From: Lytechinus pictus
Lineage: Eukaryota
NCBI RefSeq assembly: GCF_037042905.1
Contig: NC_087259.1
Location: 15,872,001-15,936,000, forward strand
Direction of reading: 5' to 3'
DNA: 64,000 nucleotides
Below are positions 1 to 13,001 of the stretch, one piece after another. The translations under genes were made by a program, and so were the position numbers. Below the pieces are notes generated by a model. That model searched no databases, was not told the DNA's origin, and saw only the letters and a list, made by a program, of their open reading frames with translations. Every line of letters begins with the position of its first letter. The stretch's first letter is position 1.

Positions 1-1252
1 GAAAGGATACAAGAGAGAAAAAGATAATCCATCAAGCATGTTTATAGATTGTGATCCTGATCTTGAAAAATTCCAACCATCATTTTGTGATGCAGGTTCA
101 CAACAAAGACTATTCACACAAACACAAGAAATGTGTGGGGAAAAAAAGAATATCAAACTAGCATAACACTGAAATTTTCATCAAAATTAGACATATTAAA
201 GTAAGTTTTTAAAAGTATTGCTAAATTTCAGAAAGCATTGCGCATCCTGATCAATATAAAAGTGAGTGAACTAATGACATGACCCACTTTTTCTTTTTTT
301 GAAATATTTCAATTTATCCTCATCATAATATGAAACAAAATTTTATTTCTCCATGAACAAGTGGCATTGCTGTCATTGAAACATATTGTGATTTGATGAG
401 TACAGTAGTCGCATATCGTCATATCTGTAAAAATATGAAATATTATGATTAAGACAGTAGATTAAAAAAGAAATAGAGAGCAAGACTGGAAGTGACATCA
501 TTGACTCCCATCTGCATATCACTGTATCATGCATATAAATGTTTTGTGAAAATAAGCAAAAAATGAGATGCCCTTACTTTCTTTTGCATGGAGGGGGGGG
601 GGTGCTGCCCCCAAGATCCCCTCCCCCTCCCCATTAATTTTTTGTAGGACAGTGCTGTTTGATAATGATAATAAGAGTGTACAAGTTGTATCTATGTCAT
701 GACTATGCACAAAAGGGCAAGATTCTCATGAAGAATCCACTTCAAGAAGACGGGGCTAAAGAAGATTCTAGAATTATATACTATATTCTCATTAGAGCTG
801 GGTATGAAAATGCAACTTCATTGTCTTTTGAATTATAAAACAAATTTTGCCAACTGTTTGTGCTCCCTTATCTCTGTATATATTGCAAGTCATTTGTTCT
901 ACATTGTACATTTTATTTCAGTTTTAGGACTTTGGACCAATAGTATTGGATTTTGTTTTGTGTACATCAGCCTAGAATGTGTTGACAAGCATGTGTCAGC
1001 AGATATATTTGGTTGGGACTACAGTTGCTGAAATCTCAGAACAGATGCCTATTTAAGCTCTCTCTATTTTGGTGGAACCCATTGATAAATTCAGCCCGTT
1101 TGTCCTGATAGGACATTTTACCCCCTGAAGAAGTTTGGAACAAAACTTGAATGCTTGACTCAAGATCTCCATTCGTTTGAGCTCGACACTTTTCTTAAGG
1201 GTTCTCCTGATATGTATTTTCTCTGTTTGTATTTCCATGTCGCAGACTCACA

Positions 1253-2098
1253 ATGAATGAAGATAAGCCACCATTCCATGTGGCCCTGGCTGCTGGGGCG
1301 ATAGCTGGTGTTTCTGTTGATGCCTCCCTCTTCCCAATAGACACGGTCAAGACGCGTCTTCAAAGCTCGCAAGGTTTCTGGAAAACAGGAGGATTTCGTG
1401 GGATTTACTCTGGTATCTTGCCTGCCTTTTTAGGCTCGGCCCCGTCCGCTGCTCTGTTCTTTACCACATATGAGGCAGCAAAGTCTGTCGGAAACACGTA
1501 CGTCCCGCAGCAGTATGATCCCTTGGTGCACATGGCTGCAGCGTCGTGCGGTGAGGTCATGGCGTGTTTGATACGAGTACCGACCGAGGTTGTCAAGCAG
1601 CGAGCTCAGGCCACTCGGCAGGCGAGTAGCGGTATCTTCCTCCACGCACTCCAGGGTGAGGGCGTGACTGGACTCTACAGGGGCTACTTTGTGACCTTGC
1701 TACGGGAGATCCCCTTCTCCCTAATCCAGTTCCCCTTGTGGGAGTTTACCAAGAAGATGTGGGGCGGTCATCGAGGCCGTCCTGTGGATGCCTGGCAGTC
1801 GGCTGTCTGTGGATCCTTTGCGGGAGGCATTGCCGCTGCTGTGACCACTCCTCTCGATGTCATGAAGACCAGGATCATGCTTGCATCGAAAGACAGCAGT
1901 CTAGGTAGAGGAGTGGTTTCTAAGGTTGCTGGGAACATCATCAGGGAGAAAGGATTAAGAGGACTCTTTGCTGGTGTTGTACCTCGGGTTATGTGGATTT
2001 CAATAGGAGGGTTTGTGTTCCTAGGCATGTATGAAAAGTCAAAGATAGTAATGCTACGCTTTCAAAATCAAAGACTAACATATTCTAAAGAAACATAA
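1253..2098 (+). CDS. SLC25A26: S-adenosylmethionine mitochondrial carrier (SLC25A26/SAMC-like), copy 1, intronless CDS, 281 aa
   Basis: Three carrier signature motifs (PIDTVKTRLQ, PTEVVKQRAQ, PLDVMKTRIM) plus SAMC-typical segments GFWKTGGFRGIYSG, REIPFSLIQFPLWE and WQSAVCG. Pyrimidine tract and CAG acceptor at 1243-1245, 7 nt before the ATG. AATAAA at 2379-2384. Confidence 0.95.
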   Translation: MNEDKPPFHVALAAGAIAGVSVDASLFPIDTVKTRLQSSQGFWKTGGFRGIYSGILPAFLGSAPSAALFFTTYEAAKSVGNTYVPQQYDPLVHMAAASCGEVMACLIRVPTEVVKQRAQATRQASSGIFLHALQGEGVTGLYRGYFVTLLREIPFSLIQFPLWEFTKKMWGGHRGRPVDAWQSAVCGSFAGGIAAAVTTPLDVMKTRIMLASKDSSLGRGVVSKVAGNIIREKGLRGLFAGVVPRVMWISIGGFVFLGMYEKSKIVMLRFQNQRLTYSKET

Positions 2099-4344
2099 GA
2101 CAGATCTGTGGTTTCAGCAACTATAAGTTTACCAGCAAGCAATGGAGCATTGAATGCTTACAATGTATGTCATTACAGAAGTCTACAACACAAATTTTTG
2201 TTTGGATCTATACTTCAGAATTGGGGTGAAGTTTGACATACAGTTTGCATATGTTTCTGTTGAATATAACTTCTGAAGGTTTCTATGGTGAAGATGAAGA
2301 GTGTACTGGTTTCACAGTACACCATGTATTTTGTCGTGGGCATATGTTGTTCCTGGAACCACTACACTTCTTCTGTTGAATAAAGCGCCAAAATGTCTTG
2401 TGAACACAATCCCCTGTCTGTGTCTATATAGTTAAGAAAAGCATTATCAGAATAGTTTATAAACAAAAGTGTATCACACCAGTTACCATTTGCTCCTTAC
2501 AAATTGCCTGACATAGCAATACTCCATTCATAGAAACACAACTGTCAACATCAAGCCTCCTTGATTACCATCAGTGTGTGTGAAAAGCAAATAACTCATA
2601 TCTCATTTCCTGGAGCAAATATGTGATGGCATGTATTTGATGATCTGTACCAGTCTCTTGATCAGTCATATGTCTGCAGAAAAGTGCAGGCACAGACCCG
2701 GATGGAAACTTTGACTAACAAGTGAGTCTTCACACAAGACTAGCACATACAGTACACATATACATGTAAAACTTGTTGCAAAGTAATTGTAGACTGCACA
2801 TTCAGACCCCTTAACTGGAGTGAAGGGTTTGCACAGCAGACTGTTCAATTATGGTGCTTTCAAGTCAGAGACCTGTACAGTATGTATAAATTCCAAAGGA
2901 AATCATGAAACATCTGTTTAGTGTTTACTACTCCGAGTGCAGGATATTACTTCTTCATGTTTTAAAACATGTACATGTATCTGTCATATTTCAGTTATAG
3001 CCTCTGACGTACCATACTTGTAAATACAAACTTGTTTATTTGGTTTGAAAAATACTCAAACCTGTGTTCTACTGCATAATTTAGACATCATTTCATTTGG
3101 TCCTTCCGCATACTTTGTCTAATAAGCCATCTAATAGTGTTTTTTTTGGTCTGAATACCCTATAAAGGTCATTCCGCGAACATTCCTGTGGTAAAATGAG
3201 TCATAAATTTTCATTTTCAAACAACAAAATTCAATTTTAAACATTGAAACATTGATTTTACATTATCAAAGTTACTGACAGTCATGTGAATAATTGATTC
3301 ATGCCCATCATCACATGGCTGTGATTTGGAGCCAATGTTGCCCTAAATCTTACCCGAGTGATTGCATTTAATTAGAAAAAAAGTTTTTTTTCTTGTTTTT
3401 CTGAATCTCAAGATAAATGCATATACATGTATACTGTAGTTCGAAATCAGGTTCTTCGTGACACACATTGTGATTTTCACTGTTTTCTTTGTCTCTTTGC
3501 AAATCAAATTCAATGATTTAAACTTAGCTGTACATGACAATAGTCACTGACTATTTGCTTCATGTCCAAAAGTTACAGACTAATCATGAAGTTTGCATCT
3601 TGTTTCAGTGAGAGAATTCAAATTAAAAAGGTTGATTGTTTAATTGTTCAGTTCTTTGTAGATTGACAAAAAATATCCTTCCACTTTCAGGTGTATTCAG
3701 TTACAAAAGCAAATGTTTAATAACTGGATTTGACAAAGCTTTAAGAGATACATGTAACCGGGGGGGGGGGGGGGGGGCTATTTCTAAGTTACAAATGACT
3801 TTCCTCACGACTGGTGACCCTTTCTTTTGGTTACAAGTGATATATACACCAAATTTGCAATGGTGTTGATTTAGCTCCCAAGAAGGGATCAGTTCGTAAA
3901 GTCATTTGTAAATTCTATATCTAACTTTTGAGAAGAATTGACATAGAACCATCATCAGTAGTTATGATTTACATGTATTTTGTATTGTATAGAAATATGT
4001 ACATGTAAGATGTACTGTATTTTTACATTCTGCAATGAAAATTATCATCATGTTTTTATGATTCTTTATGTTGAAATTTTATCAAGTCCTGAAGTGACAA
4101 AGATAAAAATTACATGCATATTTACTTACCGGTATAAGCTTTTTTGATAACATGTTTCATGTACTGAATGTATGAAATTAAATATATTGAAATTTATTAT
4201 TTCTTGTGTATTTTTAGTATTACTTTTTTGTTATGTCTTGTACTTTGCTTTGAATTTGTACAAAATATTACAAACATTGTATGTGTACGTGATGATGCGT
4301 TTTAGGTTATATTATTAGGAGATTTGCCGATATATACAACACCA

Positions 4345-4504
4345 GGGCCCTGTTGCATGAACGTTGCCCATTATGGTAACTTTGCTATCAAATGGTAACT
4401 TGCATGGAATCCTTGATTTTGATTGGCTGTTGATCAGCATTACCATGGTAGTTACCATTGGATGGCAAAGTGACCATAATAGTAAATTTTATGCAACAGG
4501 TCCC
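4345..4504. mobile_element. Palindromic MITE (Harbinger-like termini)
   Basis: gggccctgttgcat...atgcaacaggtccc with internal inverted symmetry. A related element lies at about 17503-17630. Confidence 0.75.
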
Positions 4505-5310
4505 CAGGTGTAGTAAAATAGGTATCCGATAGGCAGGAATTCTATTCCTGGTCTCAAACTATGAATTGAAAATTTTAACTTTAAAACATGATTCTACTTG
4601 CAGTCTTATGTTTTAGTACATATTCTTGTTTAGTTTAATAACGGACAGAACTTATATGTATTGGTTCTGAGGAAGGCTATGTCTACACATTTAATCGTTG
4701 AAAAAACATGAGCCCCTATCAGATTTGCACGAAAGTGTTATAAGTAATAGCCAAATGGTTATTTGAAAAAATAATCTCTGAATGAAATGTTGAATCTTCA
4801 TGCATGTCTTCAAGGTAAAGTAAAAACAAGAAAATCCATATTTAGCATCCTGCCAGTATCCTTCATGTGGCCACCTATTTTATTCTTGAAATGAAAAACA
4901 CAAACACCTTTTTTGTAGATGGAGTTTATCTAGGCTGGTTTGTTATGCTACTTGTAAATAATTAATACTAAATAGAAAGGAAATAATGCAGTCTGTTTTA
5001 CCCCATAACCCTATGTTGCTTCTACTTTAGCAATCCATGTTTTTGTCTCTGAAATTTGAGTTTGTATGGACCATCTATAAAAAAAAAAAATTGTGAGGAC
5101 TTGTTATCTTGAAAACTAATGAGATCCAGGGAATCTATATTTTCACTTCTTACGTCAAAGCTGTAACCATTAAAAATATGATTAAAAATATGTGTAGGGG
5201 GTCATTTGAAATGAAGGATAATATTCAATAATTTTTTTTTCAAATTTAAATGGCAGGGTGCTAAACATGAGTTTTTCTCCTTACTTTGCCTCAGATATGA
5301 CTTGTGAAGA

Positions 5311-6126
5311 ATGAGTGATCAGATCCCATCTCTTCCTGCGGCACTCCTGGCTGGAGGCGTGACAGGAACTATCGTAGACTGTACCCTCCATCCCATCGAC
5401 ACCATCAAGACCAGACTACAGACTCCTGGTGGCTTGTGGAAAGCCGGTGGGTTCCGAGGTTCTTTTGCCGGTATCTTGCCTGTTCTCATAGTAACGGCTC
5501 CCAACTCGGCCATATTCTTTGGCATCTATGAGACTGCAAAGGCACTTGGTGAGGCGCATCTCCCGGCGAAGTACGAGCCATGGATCATGATGTCCGGTGC
5601 AACGGCCGGGGAAGTGTCTTCGTTGTTGATACGGGTTCCTGCGGAAGTCGTCAAACAACGTGCCCAGGCCACTAGGAAACCCAGCCTCGCCATCCTACGG
5701 GATGTTCTGAAGCAAGACGGATACCGTGGCCTTTACAGAGGATTTGCCAGTACGGTCTTAAGGGACGCACCGTATGCCTTTGTTCAGTATCCGCTGTGGG
5801 AACTCTGCAAGAGGATCTGGGCAAGGCAGCAGGGATATCCGGTGACGGTGTGGCAGTCGGGTATATGTGGTGCTATAGCGGGTGGTTTTGCGGGAATCGT
5901 CACGACACCCTGCGATGTGGTGAAGACAAGAGTCATGCTTGGAGGACAAGGATCCAAGGGCCACATTGATCGTATTCCAGATATCCTCAGAACTCTACTC
6001 AAGGAGAAGGGGGTTAGGGGATTGTTCTATGGAGTTGTGCCTCGTTTCATTTGGATGTCTGTTGGTGGGGCATACTTCCTTGGGCTCTATGAAAAGTGCA
6101 AAATTCAATTTATGCAGTATGTGTAA
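5311..6126 (+). CDS. SAM mitochondrial carrier-like paralog, copy 2, intronless CDS, 271 aa
   Basis: Aligns to copy 1 without gaps (hand count about 133/271 identical). Motifs PIDTIKTRLQ, PAEVVKQRAQ, PCDVVKTRVM. Acceptor tttttctccttactttgcctcAG ends at 5294. Candidate AATAAA at 7718-7723. Confidence 0.92.
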   Translation: MSDQIPSLPAALLAGGVTGTIVDCTLHPIDTIKTRLQTPGGLWKAGGFRGSFAGILPVLIVTAPNSAIFFGIYETAKALGEAHLPAKYEPWIMMSGATAGEVSSLLIRVPAEVVKQRAQATRKPSLAILRDVLKQDGYRGLYRGFASTVLRDAPYAFVQYPLWELCKRIWARQQGYPVTVWQSGICGAIAGGFAGIVTTPCDVVKTRVMLGGQGSKGHIDRIPDILRTLLKEKGVRGLFYGVVPRFIWMSVGGAYFLGLYEKCKIQFMQYV

Positions 6127-6696
6127 ATTACTAAGTAATCAGCTAAAAAAAGATAATAATTATTCCTCTACCCCAAAAAGATGCCGGTGATGTACATGTA
6201 TATTTTCTGTGTTGTCTGTTCATCCAGATAGTAAAAACTTGTTTTGTGGATGAAACAGCGATGCACTTCAAGAGGATCTCATTGCTAACTTCACATCCTG
6301 CAGCTGTGTCCTTGTGAAATGTTGACTTTCTCAAGGAACTTAATGGCATGGTACTATTTGATATAATTCTGTTCCCTGTAAAAAAAAAATTGTAACTGAA
6401 TAATAATAATATCGGCATATTTACCCAGGGTAGCCACTTCAGTTCCGAAAACTGTTCTCCCAGCGGGCCCTGCTATCATTATACAATTGATTGAATATAC
6501 AATTGATTGTAATTTGAAGTCTATGGAAAATCACATTAAAAAAAATTACAATCGCTTTGAAATATTGTATATTTTTTACACTGGGCCTTGGGCCCTTTGT
6601 AGAATGTGTTGCATTTTAAATGCAGTAAAAAAATTAATAATCATACCCAATTCACTAATGCATGCTCCTGATTGGTCAGAAATCAAGTTGCGTTTG

Positions 6697-7634
6697 TTGT
6701 CTCACCTGCATAGCAGAGTGAGACTATAGGCGCCGCTTTTCCGACGGCGACGGCGGCGGCGGCGTCAACACCAAATCTTAACCTGAGGTTAAGTTTTTGA
6801 AATGACAGCATAACTTAGAAAGTATATGGACCTAGTTCATGAAACTTGGCCATAAGGTTAATCAAGTATTACTGAACATCCTGCCTGAGTTTCATGTCAC
6901 ATGACCAAGGTCAAAGGTCATTTAGGGTCAATGAACTTAGACCATGTTGGGGGAATCAACATCAAAATCTTAACCTAAGGTTAAGTTTTTGAAATGTCAT
7001 CATAACTTAGAAAATATATGGACCTAGTTCATGAAACTTATACATAAGGTTAATCAAGTATCACTGAACATCCTGCATGAGTTTCACGTCACATGACCAA
7101 GGTCAAAGGTCATTTAGGGTCAATGAACTTTGGCCGAATTGGGGGTATCTGTTGAATTACCATCATAACTTTGAAAGTTTATGGATCTGATTCATGAAAC
7201 TTGGACATAATAGTAATCAAGTATTACTGAACATCCTGCGCAAGTTTCAGGTCACATGATCAAGGTCAAAGGTCATTTAGGGTCAATGAACTTTGGCCAA
7301 ATTGGGGTATTTGTTGAATTACAGCCATAAATTTGAAAGTGTGTTGGTCTAGTTCATAAAACTTGGACATAAGAGTAATCAAGTATCACTGAACATCCTG
7401 TGCGAGTTTCAGGTCACATGATCAAGGTCAAAGAACTTTGGCCACGTTGGGGGTATTTGTTGAATTGCCATCATATCTCTATAAGTGTATTGGTCTAGTT
7501 CATAAAACGTGGAAATACGAGTAACCAAGTATCACTGAACATCTTGTGCGAGTTATAGTAGTTTTCAAAATCAGCACTGCTGCTATATTGAATCGCGTGA
7601 TGCAGGTGAGACGGCCAGAGGCATTCCACTTGTT
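6697..7634 (+). mobile_element. Helentron/HINE-like non-autonomous element with internal tandem repeats
   Basis: Subterminal inverted repeat gtctcacctgcat (6699-6711) / atgcaggtgagac (7600-7612), a (ggc)n microsatellite near the 5' end, about 5 internal units of about 150-190 bp (gaaacttgg...caaggtcaaaggtca), and an end running into a T-run. A degenerate 3' copy lies at about 19290-19730. Confidence 0.65.
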
Positions 7635-8863
7635 TTTTATTACAACTCTTTTTGAAGCATGCTCTTGATCTGGCAGGGGTAGAGGCTTAATACAGTAATG
7701 ATGTGCATATATTTGAGAATAAATTTATTTCAATTGATAAATTGTGACTTATATTTTAATCAACTTATCATGCAATGGATGTAATTCTGTACTTTTACAT
7801 TCCAGAACGACACACAATCTTGATACACGATAAATTTAGTTCATTGAAAAAAAAAAGTTTAATAGGCAGCTTTATATTTGTGACATAACATCTGTGATAA
7901 GTACTGTCAAAAGCTTGAATAGTGTACTTGTACTTCTGTTCTTGTAGTTCGTAAAGTTTCATTGAAATAATACATGTAATTTTAAATAACATTTTAAAAA
8001 AAGATTGCATATTCCCGAAATATTTTGGATTAGTTTATGAAAATCCCGGATGAAAGTCAGTTTCCTTGAATTTTTCTCACTGCTCCCTTTTTTATTACCT
8101 TTTGTTAGAAATTGAGGTCTCATTAAATCCTGATATATTGAACCCATGTATGACACTGAATGATGTTTTTATGTGTGCTTTTGATATGGTCATGCATTGT
8201 TATCACCTTCGGTATTATTAACTGAACATTCACATCCTAGATAGTAGATACATTACTTCCACATATTTTACTGTAGAACTTTTCTTCATTTCCCAGGGGA
8301 ACTTTTTGAAGATGAAAACTAAGGCTGAGGCACAACCCCTTTTATTTGATATAGTTGTTGTATTGCAATTAGGCATATTCAGACCGACTTAATCACCAGA
8401 GTACATGTTCAATTATGAGAACTTTTTCAGGCTAAAAAATACCTGTTAATTATTCCTGCATTCACACCGCCCAGAAACATACCCTTCGGGATACATGTAA
8501 GTTCCTGAAGTAACAAGCATGTGCGATATGGTCTGATAAGCAAGCAAGGCGCAAGATTCAAAATCACTTGCTCAGCAGCCACCCACGGCGCCCGCACCCA
8601 ACTACACGCTAGGCTAAAAGTTCCCTTTATTTGCTTTCACACTGCCAAAATACCTGCGACCCTAGAACCCCCCCCCCCCCCCCCCCCCCGGTGAAAGTTC
8701 TCTTAATTTTCACAAGTACCTACATGTACTATTTAGTGGTTATTTTCTTTCAGGGAGATTACGCGTAATTTGCTTTCACACTGCCAAAATACCTGGAACT
8801 GACGAACTTCAAGGTGGTCTGAAACCACCTTATGTGATATTCAGATATCCCCAAATTTCCTTT

Positions 8864-11800
8864 TAGTCAGATCCAGATTTAAGAAAAGTAGACTACCTTA
8901 GGCAAATCGTGTTAATGCTGAATTGAGAATTGTTTTAGCATAATTTGAGGGCGCCGAGTCCAAATTTGCTGTTTGCCAACCTTGATTTTGATGTTAAAAT
9001 CCTCAAATTGGCAAAAACAATATGGCCGCCATTCTACACCCTTTTTTGCTCTATTCTGACCCCCAAAACTTGTAACTAAAATGTTTGTCAACGATTTTTT
9101 TTACTATTTGATCTCAGAAATAACATTCTAAAAATCCACCAAAATCTGGATCCGGGAAAGTGGTTATTTTCAAGATGGCACCTAAGATGGCCGCCATCAA
9201 CTGAAAATTAAAATAACCGGCACTTTATCTACCCTAGACACCTTTTTCGGTGCATACATGTATTCAATGGTGTAGGAGGTAAAAGGAATGAGTGAATATA
9301 GGCACTCCAGTGTACCTGAAAATCCAAGATTGCGTAAAAATGGCTGCCATGGCCTAAAAATTCACAATTCATCTATTACATATTTTAGTGTCTTTTATTT
9401 GGGTTTTATTTATTGGTGATGTTCAAGGGTCAAGAAGTAGACCGACATAAGTTACAAGGACAGTCAATGGTCCACTATGTCCAAAAATCCAAGATGGCTT
9501 TCAAAATTGGAGTCTAAAATAGCTGTTGTTATCTGAAAAACCCTAAAACCCGACATAGTTTGTTTAATATCTGCCTTGGGGATATGATGATGGTGTCTAA
9601 CCCGTGGTTTAATGGGTCAAGAAATACGTTGGGACAAGTAACAAAGACAGTCTATGGTCTTCCATGTCCAAAAATCCAAGATGGTTTGCAAAAATGGAGT
9701 ATAAAATGTCTGTCGTTAATTACAAACCGACATAGTTTGTTTAAAAACCGACTGGAGAATATGATTTTTTAGTATAACGCGTGTTTAAAGGGTCAAGTAC
9801 TAGATTGGGACAAGTTACAAGGACATTTAGTGAATCCAGTAAGTCCAAAAATCCATAATGGCTTCCAAAAATGGTCAAATACATGTAAGCCGTTCTTACC
9901 GAAAAACTGACATAGTTTATTTAATATCAGCCTGGGGTATATGATTTTGGTGTTTAACCCATGGTTTAAAGGGTCAAGTAATAAATAAGGACAAGTTACA
10001 AGGACAGTCAGAGGTCCAGCATGTCCAAGAATCCAAAAAGGCTTCCAAAATTGGAGTCTAAAATGGCTATTGTTACCTAAAAACTGACATAGTTTGTTTA
10101 ATATCCGCCTGGGTTATATGATAATGTTGTCTATTCCTTGGTTTAAATGGTCAAGTCATACATAAGGATAAGTTACAAGAGCAATCAGTGGTCCTGTATG
10201 TCTAAAAATCCAAGATGGCTTTCAATTAAGGAGTGTAAAATAGCTGCTGATACTTAAAAATTGACATAATCTATATAGAATCCATCTGGGAGATATGATT
10301 TTGGTGTCTACACTATGGTTTCAAGAGTTAAATAATACTTTTGGATTAGTTAGAATGGTATGAAGCTGTCCATTTTGCCGATTATTTAAAGATGGCTTTC
10401 AAAATGAGTCTAAAAAGACTTCCATCACCTAAACATAGTCATAATTAGGTGAACAAAATCTACACTACTGTGGTTTGAAGGCTAAAATAATAAATCGGGA
10501 CAAATAAAAAGGATGGTCAGTTTTTCTTTTCGTCGTAAAAAGTCCAAAGTGACTTCTAAAATTGCGTAAAAATGACTGATGTGCCATAATCGTGAAACCA
10601 TGGGATAGTCCTAAGCACAAAATGACGTGTCTTGAAATACTTATCAGTGATTTATGGAACTTTTTAGGTGAAAGTGTACCTTAGTTTTTAAAGTTTGTTT
10701 TTCGGATGTTTACTTATTGTTGCACCACTATCTAATTATGTCACTAACTCTTGTAAAACATAATTTTCATGAGTCTTAAAAACAGAGACACCAAAATAGT
10801 GGCAATAGATGGGATATGAAGTATTGTCGTTTTTGTATCAATGGTGGCCAATTCGAATGTAATTTTTGGAGCGTTCTTCAATTTCTTTACAAAATGGACA
10901 ACGGTGTATCAATGTAATTCGTCTTAACCTATATTATCTGACCCTTGAAATCATGAGAAAGACACAAAAATGTTTCTAGGTAAATAGTATATGCACTTTG
11001 CAGCAAAATTTTTAAGAAATAACTATTTTTTAAGCCATCATCATTTTTTTTTGCCAAACTGCACCACTGATAAACCTTTACATTTTTCCGATGTAATTTT
11101 TCCCCTTTGGAACCATAATTTTTTATGTTTTATTTCATTCTCGGTAGACCCCAAAGTTATTTCTACCAGGTGGACATTATATGAATTTGGACCATTTCAA
11201 AGATACAACGTCCAGACGTCCATTATAGACGTCATTTTGGAAGGTCATCTTGGATTCTCTGACAAACTCACTGACTATCTTGTAAACATGTCCTGATTCA
11301 TTATTTGCCTTGAAAGCATTTTGATGATTTAGATTTTGATTTTGAGGATTTACTTTATTTTTGGAGTTGATGGTACAACGACTGCCGTTTTGGATGCTAT
11401 GTTGGATTTCCATGTAACCTTGACGACCTTTTGTAACTATAACCTGTCTAAATAGACTTTGTTTAATCCTAACATGCCTAAGTTTCATAAAATAGACATC
11501 TACTGTATACCCTAAAAGTAATTACATTTAAAAAACTCAGTTAATATTTGATGTTGACTTTACCGTCGCCATGGTCATCGCCGCCGTCGGAAAAGTGACG
11601 TCCATGTCTTGCTTCTGCTATGCAGGCAATGAAAAAATGGCGGACATGTTAAAGATATCACAATGTGAATATGCCAGCATCGCCCCAAAATGATTAATCA
11701 TTTGGCCATATTATTTATCAATCAGCAGCTGTGAATCATGGCAGCCATCTTGTAAATAAAGATGGCTGACGAATCAATCGGACACATTATGTTTGCAACC

Positions 11801-12064
11801 CTGGGTATCAAATATAACGCATATATCCCAATTTCTGAAATACAATCACCCATAAAAATCGTTTAATATGGGAAACTGCATTAAAAATGCCGCCATTTTG
11901 TTTTTTGCCGATTTGAGGATAAAAACGTCGGAATCAAGTTTGGCAAACAGCATTTTTGGATTCAGCACCCCTGAATTACCTTAAAACAATTGATAAATCA
12001 GCATTAACACAAAATGCCTAAAGCACTTTTTCTGAGCACATTTTTTAAAATCTGGACCTGACTA
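8864..12064. mobile_element. 3.2-kb non-autonomous DNA transposon with long imperfect TIRs and an internal ~180-bp tandem array
   Basis: Ends tagtcagatccagattt / aaatctggacctgacta, with complementarity continuing for about 170 bp. The unit motif ccaaaaatccaagatggct recurs near 9481, 9668, 9845, 10025, 10203 and 10385. No transposase ORF. Confidence 0.8.
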
Positions 12065-12471
12065 TTTGGGAAATCAAGGCCATTTGAAGGCTGTGATTAC
12101 TTTGTTGAATGGTCTTGGTGCCCCTCTTATATTGGTCTTGGAGATTTGTTGCACTTTTTTATTATCTTTTCTCATCTTTGCTGCAACATAAATATGTGCC
12201 CTAGTTTATAGAAAAATGGCCTTGCCCTCCTTGCCCTATAAATATTGAATTTTAAGACCTTGATTTGACAGGTCCATGATTTGACAATAGGTATTGATCA
12301 AGGATGAAAATTCAGGTCTCCCCAATCTGTGTGTGCAGCAAAATGACAGTCATATTATTTTATCATATGTTACTTGGTCTTTAATTGTAAAATTTGTCAT
12401 CTTGCTTTTCTGTATGAGTTCAGTGTTTTCAAAGTGTAATGCAGTTGTTTTATATTACGATATATTTAAAA

Positions 12472-12826
12472 GAGCCGTGGTGTAGTGGTTCTGACTTTGT
12501 AAACAGAGGGTCGTGTGCTCGAATCCCACCGCGGTCTAGCGTTCTTTGGCAAGGTATAAATCCACACTTTGCCACTCTCGACCCAGGTGCTAAATGGGTA
12601 CCCGGTACATGTAGGATGTGAAAGTCATTGTAGGTTGTCCAGTACTGTGTGCACTCCAACGGTAACTGACTGTAATACTCCCCAGGGAGTGGAGGATGTG
12701 CACACATTGTGTGCGGGAATGACTGATTGAATCCGATAACTGGGTAATAATCTGTAAAGCGCTTAGACATGTCGTTCGGATCGATGTATTAAGCGCTATA
12801 TAAAAGCGGAATATTATTGATATTAT
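12472..12826 (+). mobile_element. tRNA-derived SINE
   Basis: A-box (gtggtgtagtgg) and B-box-like (gctcgaatccc) head, conserved-core-like ctctcgacccaggtgctaaatgggtacc, and an L2-like 3' tail gcgctatataaaagcg followed by (att)-type repeats. Confidence 0.8.
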
Positions 12827-13001
12827 TCACTGGACACTCAGGTGTCTGAATTAAGGAAAGGTAGACAGTTACAGGATTATTTATGAAAAGTGCTCTGTAA
12901 TGCCTAGTCTACCTTCTTGGCCCACCTTATACTGTGCTGCATGTACAAGTACGGTAGTGGGATAAAGATTGTCAGTACCACATTCATACTTTGTGCAATC
13001 T

